A stretch of 64,000 nucleotides of DNA. It comes from Patescibacteria group bacterium (GTDB lineage: Bacteria > Patescibacteriota > WWE3 > 2-01-FULL-39-13). The position numbers and the translations under genes were made by a program. Below are positions 49,960 through 58,040 of this stretch, piece after piece. The notes under the pieces were generated by a model, which saw nothing but the letters and a program-made list of their open reading frames with translations, had not been told where the DNA came from and did not search any database. The stretch spans positions 2,452 to 66,451 of the forward strand of contig JASNYX010000001.1 in assembly GCA_048499955.1 (NCBI GenBank), written 5' to 3'. Position 1 is the stretch's first letter. Each line of letters begins with the position of its first letter.

Positions 49960-50170
49960 CTACAGATCTTCGATCCAGGTGAAGTCGAATGAATAGCCCT
50001 CTGGGGGTGAGCCCGCAGCTTTCTTCAGCGGCTTTTCTGGGTCATTGACCCAGAAGGGAACCTGGTAGGTTCCTTTGTCAATTTCATGAACGATGGGGTA
50101 TTGCCCATCACTTTCTCGAGGCCCGTACTTCCGAAAGAAGACCTTGTAGGTACTATTTTTATTAGCCATG
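49960..50170 (-). CDS. Small hypothetical protein (70 aa) with a strong Shine-Dalgarno sequence
   Basis: aaggag 6 nt upstream of the ATG at 50170 (MANKNSTYKVFF...). The track ORF extends to 50217, but the SD supports the internal start. Confidence 0.5.
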
Positions 50171-50350
50171 TTTTCTCCTTTTTGGCTAATTACAGCATGA
50201 AAAATCGACCCGCTCATTTTATCCTATAGTAGTTAGTTTTTCAATTGGGAAATAGGTTCAATGTTTTAGAGTGTTTAGCGGTAATGCCTGAACTGATACC
50301 ACATACGTAGGTCAAATTTACAGAAAAGTACTTGGAAACTAAGTTAAGAA

Positions 50351-50503
50351 AATTTCGAAATGGAAGAAGTATCAGGATTGGCTAATGTTAAGTATGTTTC
50401 TAGTGACGATAATAGTCTAATTTTTTCGAAAACCGATGCTTTAAACCAACCCACTTAGATATGGAAGTCTGATCTGTTAGGTAGAAATGCTGAAATTGTT
50501 TAG
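50351..50503 (+). pseudogene. Decayed duplicate of the 3' end of the TolB-like gene (right att-like repeat); no intact reading frame
   Basis: Colinear similarity to 45321-45460 with two near-identical blocks (50415-50430, 50462-50490); lies in a 525-nt gene-free stretch. Confidence 0.5.
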
Positions 50504-50742
50504 ATAATGTCGAATGCTATCAATGGAGATGAACGATACTTGAATTTTGTATGAACTCGATTATTTTTGAGTATTGAAGCCTAAATGTGTGTTAGATATA
50601 CTGTTGCTTGTCAAACTTGCAAAGGTAGATAGGTATTACCACCTAAATTTTTCTTGTTTAATGAATATTTAGTTCCCTCCCAAAGCTCTAAATCCTCTCC
50701 TTAATTATATTTGAGTGAAGAAGATTATTCGCTTAACCGCTA

Positions 50743-51810
50743 ATGGATAGACAGACTCCGCTTGTGCAATTGTTAAAGTCAACCAGCACTATAATTCCCT
50801 CATCAAATAACGCTAATCTTGATACTTTTATGTTCGAAACCCCTCTATTGGCAGAGCTGACTAAAAAGATAACAGAACTATATAAAGATGATCTTGTTTT
50901 CGCATTATTATTTGGGTCTAGAGTAGATGGTGAGTTTAAACAAAACAGTGATTACGATATTTTGATTGTTGAGAAGTCTCCCTATAAAGATCAATCTAGA
51001 CACGAACAAATAAAGAGGATTTTTATAGAGTTACAGGAAAAGGAAGAGTTGAAGGTTGATTATGATTATCCCGGGGAATACATAGATATTTTTACATTGA
51101 ATAAAGCTATTTTAGGTTACGGTTTTGTTTATGACGATAAAGAAGTCATCATTGAGAAAGTCGGAGCAAAAGACTGGAATAGATTTAATGAATATAGGCA
51201 ATGGTTATCTGCAATGTCAGGCCCCAACATATTATTGGCCGGAAATATAAAAGATTTTGTTGAATATAAAGAGCGGGCAATTAAAACTTTAATCAAACTA
51301 GTGATTTGTAAAAGGGACTTTACTTTTAAAGACTCGAGTGAATTAGTAGATCTGCTTGTTTTGGGTGGGAAAGAGTACTTGGGTATGAAAAATATACCGA
51401 GTGTCAGAAAATACCTCGAGGATCTTATTGAATTAGTTCTCCATGAATTAATTCAAGAAAACATAATAATAAAAGGGGATAACAAATTCCATGTTAATTT
51501 TGAAATATGTGTAAAATCTATTGAGCTATTAATATCTACAGATGAAAACGAATTTCGTAAAAGTTTTTTTGGGGGTATTACGGATTTTGATAAACAAGTA
51601 ATCACTGATGTGGTATCAGATAATCTGAGTTATGTTAGTAGTTTGAATAAGACTATCGACTACAGGTCAGATAAAGATTTACAAGAAGATATTTCTGAAG
51701 ATTTGCCAATGGACGCAACTGGACATTATAATGTTCAGAAACAATACGCTTCAATTCGGTTAGAAATACAAAATATAAATCAAACCGTCCGGGATATTGC
51801 TTTTTCCTGA
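50743..51810 (+). CDS. Nucleotidyltransferase-domain protein (MNT/KNTase-like NTase with ~200-aa C-terminal extension)
   Basis: LLFGSRVDGEFKQNSDYDILIV (GS-x9-DhD). Confidence 0.7.
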   Translation: MDRQTPLVQLLKSTSTIIPSSNNANLDTFMFETPLLAELTKKITELYKDDLVFALLFGSRVDGEFKQNSDYDILIVEKSPYKDQSRHEQIKRIFIELQEKEELKVDYDYPGEYIDIFTLNKAILGYGFVYDDKEVIIEKVGAKDWNRFNEYRQWLSAMSGPNILLAGNIKDFVEYKERAIKTLIKLVICKRDFTFKDSSELVDLLVLGGKEYLGMKNIPSVRKYLEDLIELVLHELIQENIIIKGDNKFHVNFEICVKSIELLISTDENEFRKSFFGGITDFDKQVITDVVSDNLSYVSSLNKTIDYRSDKDLQEDISEDLPMDATGHYNVQKQYASIRLEIQNINQTVRDIAFS

Positions 51811-53056
51811 TGGAAATTCTATCTCAGGATTAGTCGGAAACATCAATGAAATCTTTGCGAATCAGAATCTTATTGCTACAACAAAGAGCGCTCCAAGTGG
51901 TACTTTTGTTGAAATACAAACTATTGAATGGTTCAGGAAACTAGTTGGGTATCCTGTTATTGGGAGACCTGAGGATGCATTAGGTGCCGGCGGAGCATTT
52001 GTATTTGGAGGTACTATGGCAAACACTATCAGCTTAATGGCTGCTAGAGAAAAAGCCTTTCCCGGATGCAAGAAAAAAGGGCTAACTTCATTTAATGAAA
52101 AGCCTGTTCTATTAGTCGCTGAAAATACAATTAATCATTATTCACATGCAGGCGCTTTTGGTTGGCTAGGATTAGGTGAGGACAATATTGTTGAAGTATC
52201 GATTACAGAAGACTTTAGGCTTGATCAAAACGATCTTAAAAAGAAACTGAAAAAATATAAAAATGACTCAGGTTATAAAATAATTGCATTAGTAGCTCAA
52301 GCGGGAGATTCCAGAACAACAACTATTGAAGACTTCGACGCAATTTCAAAGATAACCAAACAATTTGGTGTATGGTTACATGTTGATGCTTGTCATGGAG
52401 GAGTTTTGATCTTTTCGAATAAACATAAACACAAATTAAAGGGAATGGAATTGGCCGATTCCATTAGTATGGATCCTCATAAAGGTTTGGCAGTTACGTA
52501 TCCCGCAAGTCTTGTACTGGTTAAAGATAGAGAAAGTTTGGGTCTTATTGCAAAACATACTGATATTACAATTAATAAAGGGAGCTTTGATCTTGGTCAA
52601 ATGACGCCAATGATTGGAAGTAAGCCATTTATTGCTTTGAAATTATGGTTTTTGATTAAATCGTTGGGAATCAAAAATATCGGTAAAATAATTGATTCAA
52701 GAATGGATCTAGCTCAGAGTTGGAAAAGGAAAATAGATGACTCGAAATATTTCAGATCGCTAAATGACATTGAATTAAATAGTGTCGTTTTTAGTTTATG
52801 CCCGAAAAAGATTAAGACTATTGATGATTCGAAAAAACTTAGTGAGTTAAATAAAGCACTTCATGACGCTGTCTATAAAGATGGTTATATGTGTATACAC
52901 AATTTTGATATTGTTGATTACAAAAATGTTTTGAAGTTTGGAAAAGTTAAAATCAGAACGTTAGGTGCAATTTTTGGGAATCCGTTAACGGATGAATATG
53001 ATTTCAATGCATATATTAATTATTTAGAATCTGTAGCAGAGAGATATATAAGATGA
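51797..53056 (+). CDS. Pyridoxal-phosphate-dependent group II amino-acid decarboxylase
   Basis: FGGTMANTISL, HVDACHGG, and the PLP-lysine motif SISMDPHKGL. Confidence 0.8.
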   Translation: MLFPDGNSISGLVGNINEIFANQNLIATTKSAPSGTFVEIQTIEWFRKLVGYPVIGRPEDALGAGGAFVFGGTMANTISLMAAREKAFPGCKKKGLTSFNEKPVLLVAENTINHYSHAGAFGWLGLGEDNIVEVSITEDFRLDQNDLKKKLKKYKNDSGYKIIALVAQAGDSRTTTIEDFDAISKITKQFGVWLHVDACHGGVLIFSNKHKHKLKGMELADSISMDPHKGLAVTYPASLVLVKDRESLGLIAKHTDITINKGSFDLGQMTPMIGSKPFIALKLWFLIKSLGIKNIGKIIDSRMDLAQSWKRKIDDSKYFRSLNDIELNSVVFSLCPKKIKTIDDSKKLSELNKALHDAVYKDGYMCIHNFDIVDYKNVLKFGKVKIRTLGAIFGNPLTDEYDFNAYINYLESVAERYIR

Positions 53057-53967
53057 TTATTATCACCCCATATCATGCCAAAAAAAATCATCATGACTTT
53101 GGTAAAAGACAAAAATATTTAACAGAAACAATTAGCTCAATTGACAAACAAAATCTTCACAGCTTAACTCATATCATTGTTGATGACGGTAGTACTGATA
53201 ACTTTTGCGACACAATTAAAACTGTTTATACCACCACAGAGAGAATTTGGCTTAGGCGTGAAAAACTAGCGGGTGAAATTCTAACTTGCACAAATGCGTT
53301 AAATTTCGGAATCAAATATATCTTAGATAATCCAGACCGATTTAAAGATAGCGAACTCGTAACATTTATTCACTCTGATGATTTAGCCATTAGCCTAGGC
53401 GATCGAGAAGATTTTATGGTTAGGAATAATCTGGATTTTATGTATTCGGATGCATTGATATTCTTTGATGATCGTGAGTATGGCTTTTTATGGGAAGGTT
53501 TACCGATTAATACAAATAACATCGAGAAAAAACTTTGGATTCAAGGGAGAATGCCATATATAACAATGACTTGGAAGCTTTCGCTAGTAAAAGACCTAAT
53601 AAAACAGAATAAGCAAAAATACGCACAGGAAGCTCTTCTTGACCCTTATGTTGGTTGTGGAGAGGATGTCGATCTTGCAATTAATACATTGAAGTTCATA
53701 GAAGATAGTGAATACAAGGGAGGGTATTTGCCTGAAATTACTGCGGCTTACAGAATTCATGGTAAATCATTAGCAGAAATACGTGATCAAAAAATCAGAA
53801 AGAATGAAGAAAATTCTGTTCTTCAAAAACATTTCGGAAGACATAGTATTAAGTTGCTTCATATTCAAAGATTTATAAATAGGCCTTGGTTGTACTTTCC
53901 TCTTTTCAGAAAGTTTAAGAAATCAATTAAATTGAAAGTTAGTGATTATTTACACAAAAATGCATAA
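53053..53967 (+). CDS. Family 2 glycosyltransferase
   Basis: SLTHIIVDDGSTDN (GT2 DDGSTD motif), DxD-like HSDD; 4-nt overlap with the decarboxylase. Confidence 0.8.
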   Translation: MIIITPYHAKKNHHDFGKRQKYLTETISSIDKQNLHSLTHIIVDDGSTDNFCDTIKTVYTTTERIWLRREKLAGEILTCTNALNFGIKYILDNPDRFKDSELVTFIHSDDLAISLGDREDFMVRNNLDFMYSDALIFFDDREYGFLWEGLPINTNNIEKKLWIQGRMPYITMTWKLSLVKDLIKQNKQKYAQEALLDPYVGCGEDVDLAINTLKFIEDSEYKGGYLPEITAAYRIHGKSLAEIRDQKIRKNEENSVLQKHFGRHSIKLLHIQRFINRPWLYFPLFRKFKKSIKLKVSDYLHKNA

Positions 53968-54946
53968 ACAATATTTACTCATAAGTTTCTTTGTTACGAA
54001 TCCCGATGCACTTGCGAAACTTAAAGCTCAGTGGTTGGGTAATGAAGAACAGAAAGACAGAAAATTTCTCGGACGTTCAGAAGAGGAAACTGCTGAAGTT
54101 ACGAACGAGCAGTTAGGTGGAAAAGTGATTTTAGTTGATCCCGAGAATTTTGAGAGAGGCATATTGCACGAAATAGATATTCCGGTTCCTATGGGATTGG
54201 TTTTCGATGAAAGAAGTAATAGTTTATTGGTTACTAGTGACTTTGATGTTTATAGCTTATCGAAAGGAAATTATAAGACGCATATATCCAATGGGTTGTT
54301 TAATAATTTGCACAGTATTTCAGTAAATAATCATGGAGATTTATTAGTTACATCTACCGGCCTTGATTCCATCTTGCAATTTGATTCGGAATCAAAAGAC
54401 TTAAAATGGAAATGGTTAGGTACTCATAATGGTTATAATAAGACTCCGGAAGGAGAAGGAGTAATGCCTATCGATGAAACATTCGATTATAGAAATAGAA
54501 CTATCGCAACTTCTGATCAAACCACTCATGTAAATAGCGCAATATTCGAAAATGATTATATTCTTGCAACTTTTTTCCATCAGGGAGAATTGGTCAAAAT
54601 AGATACAAATACCGGTAAAGTGAGCACGATTCTTGGGAACATGAAGTCTCCGCACGCTATAAGAAAAACCGATTTTGGTTATTCAGTTGTTGATACCAGA
54701 AACAACAAAGTAATGCTTTTAGATCATGAGTTCAAAATTATAAAAGAGATTTCAAATGACTATGATTGGGTGCAAGATGCGATTGAAATCGACAATCAGT
54801 TTTACATTGCTGATGCAAATAATGGAAATATCGAGAAAGTTGACTTGGATGGCATCAGTAAAGCAAAGTTCGTGTGGGATCCAAACTCTTGGAAAGTCGG
54901 TGGTTTAGCAACATTAGATGCTGATAAGATTGATTTGGTATTTTAA
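53960..54946 (+). CDS. Beta-propeller (NHL/SMP-30-like) hypothetical protein
   Basis: Repeated blade-like segments (LLVTSTGLDSILQFD; YIADANNGNIEKVD); start taken at MHKQYL (the track starts at 53942). Confidence 0.6.
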   Translation: MHKQYLLISFFVTNPDALAKLKAQWLGNEEQKDRKFLGRSEEETAEVTNEQLGGKVILVDPENFERGILHEIDIPVPMGLVFDERSNSLLVTSDFDVYSLSKGNYKTHISNGLFNNLHSISVNNHGDLLVTSTGLDSILQFDSESKDLKWKWLGTHNGYNKTPEGEGVMPIDETFDYRNRTIATSDQTTHVNSAIFENDYILATFFHQGELVKIDTNTGKVSTILGNMKSPHAIRKTDFGYSVVDTRNNKVMLLDHEFKIIKEISNDYDWVQDAIEIDNQFYIADANNGNIEKVDLDGISKAKFVWDPNSWKVGGLATLDADKIDLVF

Positions 54947-54951
54947 GTAGT

Positions 54952-56031
54952 TCAAAAATAGCTTGTCCATTTTTTGGCGATGATATCCCAACTTTCTTGC
55001 ATTGCACTTTTAATAAATACATTTCGTAATGAGTTTTTATCTTTTTGATTATAAATTTGAGGAAGGTTGTTGTTTTTTATGAAATCAATAATTGTGTATG
55101 CAAGTTTTTGCTGAGTATTTTGATCAAATGGATTTCCATCAACTTTAATACTGTAATCTTTTTCGGATAAAGCCGCCCAATTTGTTGTAAATGGTATACA
55201 CCCTGCCATTGCTGCTTGTCGAACAGTAATGCAGTCTATTTCCAACATTGTACAACCATAATATAAAATATTCGCTTTGTGGTTAGCTTCAATTAGTGTT
55301 TCTATTCCAACGCGACCATATTCAGTAATACCCGGTTGATTCATAAGGTCAATCATTTTTGCTTTCCATTTTTGTTTTTCAATATCATTGCTGTAAACAG
55401 CGTTAAATAAATCCCAACCATAATATATATCCAGCGTGATATCGGGTAGTTCCTTTTTTAAAATCGGCCATCCGTATGTAAGCATATACTCAAGGCCACG
55501 GTAATAGCTTGAAGCATAGATTAATTTTTTTGGGTCACGATTAACGTGATTTGTGCTTGCAAATTTAACATCTGCTCCATTGGGAATTATTACAAACTTT
55601 TCTTCGGGAATTAAAGGTAATAAGTTTCTTTGGAATTCAGATTTAACAAAAATTCTATCAATCTTGTCTAATCTATTTTGTGTATACTCCTCTTGCTGTG
55701 GAGTGTCGTGCAAATCAAGAATAAGTAGGGATGCAGATAAGTTCATATCTACGAAACTGGGTTCTCTCCATAGTATTAGTATGTTGTATTTATCTTGAGG
55801 ATTAAATTTCTTGTAATCATAATATGTAATACCTTCGTATATACCTTCATGTTGTCCAATATTGCTGTATACTGTTACTTCGTACCCGAGAGATTTCCAA
55901 ATTTTTGATAGGTAAATTACCGCAGTTTGAGATCCTCCAAGACCGGTTTTTAACGAATTGGGAGACCAGTATTCTGATGTTTCCCCAGTGTAGTAGACGA
56001 TGGAATTTTTCGGCCAAATTTTTTGAGTCAT
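54952..56031 (-). CDS. GT-B fold (GT4-like) glycosyltransferase
   Basis: C-terminal EYGRVGIETLIEANHKANILYYG...AAMAGCIPFTT nucleotide-sugar-binding pattern; start taken at MTQKIW (the track's 56088 start overlaps the divergent gene). Confidence 0.65.
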   Translation of the reverse strand: MTQKIWPKNSIVYYTGETSEYWSPNSLKTGLGGSQTAVIYLSKIWKSLGYEVTVYSNIGQHEGIYEGITYYDYKKFNPQDKYNILILWREPSFVDMNLSASLLILDLHDTPQQEEYTQNRLDKIDRIFVKSEFQRNLLPLIPEEKFVIIPNGADVKFASTNHVNRDPKKLIYASSYYRGLEYMLTYGWPILKKELPDITLDIYYGWDLFNAVYSNDIEKQKWKAKMIDLMNQPGITEYGRVGIETLIEANHKANILYYGCTMLEIDCITVRQAAMAGCIPFTTNWAALSEKDYSIKVDGNPFDQNTQQKLAYTIIDFIKNNNLPQIYNQKDKNSLRNVFIKSAMQESWDIIAKKWTSYF

Positions 56032-56041
56032 AGATTTTCTA

Positions 56042-56983
56042 TTGAATAAGTATAATACCTCAATGCAAATTAACAATTTAGAAAACAAGATAAAAAATTT
56101 GATATCGAAGACTCACCCCGAACTTTCATTGTCGGAAGTTATCAAAATGTCGTTAGGTATATCTACAAATGTATACAGGCTTAGTACTTCTGATGGAATT
56201 TATTATTTCCGAATTCCGAAAAACATTAATGAAAATATTTCCGGTGAAGTATTAATTTTGCAAAGATTGCAAGAGAAAGGAATGAAAGTTCCAAAAGTAA
56301 TCGGCCATGAAAACTTTTGTCACGAATTAGATGGGTATTCATACTATATAACTTCCGAAATTAAAGGTACTCCAATTGATAACACAAATAGGGATACGGT
56401 TTTACATGATGCAGGTTCTCAGCTTGCATTGTTAAATTCGATTGAATATCCGGGATTTGGTGGTATAACCAGATATCAGGAAAATATTGAATCTGTAAGT
56501 GGACATTTAAATTCATATAGTGATTTCATTCTCTATAAATGGGAAAGTCACTTAAATAAATTGCAAAATAAAGGTATCCTTTCTGACAACAAAATAGTTT
56601 CGATTACAAAATTGCTCCGTGATAATCACGATTTCTTTAATCAATTGCAGGGATACTTAATGCACGGAGATCTTAATGTTAATCACATTTATTCACACAA
56701 GGGAAATTTTTCGGGATTTATTGATTTTAGTGATTGCAGAATTGCAAATAAATTTTTTGATTTAGCCTATTTCAAGATTTGTAACCGGGAAGACTTCGCT
56801 TCATTAGTAAATGGTTATGCAAAAGTTAATCCACAGATATTAAATGAAATTAATGGTCTAGACTTTTTAATTACTACTTTAATTGTTGGTATAAGAATTG
56901 TTTCTTCGCTAATTGATAATGAACAAGATTTGGTGAAAGTTTCTCAGGTTAGAAGTCTGATTTTAGAGCTTGATTCTATATAG
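56042..56983 (+). CDS. APH/choline-kinase-fold phosphotransferase (second copy in region)
   Basis: YLMHGDLNVNHIY and GFIDFSD motifs. Confidence 0.7.
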   Translation: MNKYNTSMQINNLENKIKNLISKTHPELSLSEVIKMSLGISTNVYRLSTSDGIYYFRIPKNINENISGEVLILQRLQEKGMKVPKVIGHENFCHELDGYSYYITSEIKGTPIDNTNRDTVLHDAGSQLALLNSIEYPGFGGITRYQENIESVSGHLNSYSDFILYKWESHLNKLQNKGILSDNKIVSITKLLRDNHDFFNQLQGYLMHGDLNVNHIYSHKGNFSGFIDFSDCRIANKFFDLAYFKICNREDFASLVNGYAKVNPQILNEINGLDFLITTLIVGIRIVSSLIDNEQDLVKVSQVRSLILELDSI

Positions 56984-57025
56984 ATATAGAGATGTCAGAA
57001 TTTAATTTATAAGTTGGGGAATATA

Positions 57026-57430
57026 TGGTGGAGATGGGGGGAATCGAACCCCCATGCTAAAAGCTTAATCAAATAAAAGTTACATGCTTAACGGTTTTAA
57101 TAATTTGTATATTCTGGAAAACCGTAAAATTAATATACAAATTTGATAATTTTTCTCTGATTTGGTTGGCCTGACAAGTGATTGATCAGAGGAACTTCCT
57201 TTAAAATGCCCGAGGGCAAAAAAAAGGGAAACGCGAGGTTTCTCTTGTCAAACTGCTGAATAAGGATAAATCCGTTTGTAGTGGCTAACTTATGCTATCG
57301 CGTAAGCGGGCACCATTACATCAGCATATTCATCTGCATTGTTTGCATTTATATTTTTGACAGTTTTAAGACTTAACGGTCTGCATGTTCTATTTGAAAT
57401 GTACTTCTAGGCGATGCCTGAAACATCCCC
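57026..57430 (-). ncRNA. ssrA: tmRNA (SsrA), about 405 nt
   Basis: Minus-strand 5' GGGGAUGUUUCAGG... and 3' ...GGGGGUUCGAUUCCCCCCAUCUCCACCA (T-arm plus encoded CCA). The 7-bp acceptor stem includes the G3-U pair. Putative tag ORF GCA AAC AAU GCA GAU GAA UAU GCU... resembles E. coli ANDENYA. smpB lies immediately upstream. Confidence 0.8.
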
Positions 57431-57536
57431 AAGCGAAAAGAATTATATCAAGAATATGCCTGATTTGTCAAAGATTCGTGAGGATTGCTAATGACCTGCG
57501 TAATAAATCAGATGGGGATTAAACAACATAAAATGC

Positions 57537-57989
57537 CTAGTTATAGCGGTTTTTTACAGTTTTGCGGATTTCTTTTTCTTGTTGCTTTTTGATCAGATCT
57601 TGTTTCTTCTGGTGCTTTTGTTTGCCTCTTGCTAGCCCTGCAAGGAGTTTTAGAAGTCTTCCCTGGGTGTATATTTTTAAAGGTACTAAGGTGAATCCTT
57701 TTTGCTCGATTTTTCCTGAAAGGCTTTTTATTTCCTCTTTGTTTAATAGTAGCTGCCTGGATCTTACCGGATCATAGTGGAATAATGCTGCCGCTTTAGA
57801 ATATTTAGGTAAATTGAAATTCACCAAATACGGCTTGCCTTTGGTGATTCTAATATAGGCACCTCTTAGCGATCCTCGGCCTTCTTTTATAGATTTAACC
57901 TCATGACCCTGGAGTTTCATTCCGGCTTCGATCTTCTCCACGACTTCATAGTCCCTATAAGCTTTTCGGTTTACTATATATACTGGCAT
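57537..57989 (-). CDS. smpB: SsrA-binding protein SmpB
   Basis: MPVYIVNRKAYRDYEVVEKIEAGMKLQGHEVKSIKEGRGSL is the SmpB N-terminal signature; the track ORF begins 5 codons upstream at a TTG (58004). Confidence 0.85.
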   Translation of the reverse strand: MPVYIVNRKAYRDYEVVEKIEAGMKLQGHEVKSIKEGRGSLRGAYIRITKGKPYLVNFNLPKYSKAAALFHYDPVRSRQLLLNKEEIKSLSGKIEQKGFTLVPLKIYTQGRLLKLLAGLARGKQKHQKKQDLIKKQQEKEIRKTVKNRYN

Positions 57990-58040
57990 GTGCTGATTAT
58001 ACAAGGGAAAGGCCCAATATTATACCGTTATGGAGGAGCC

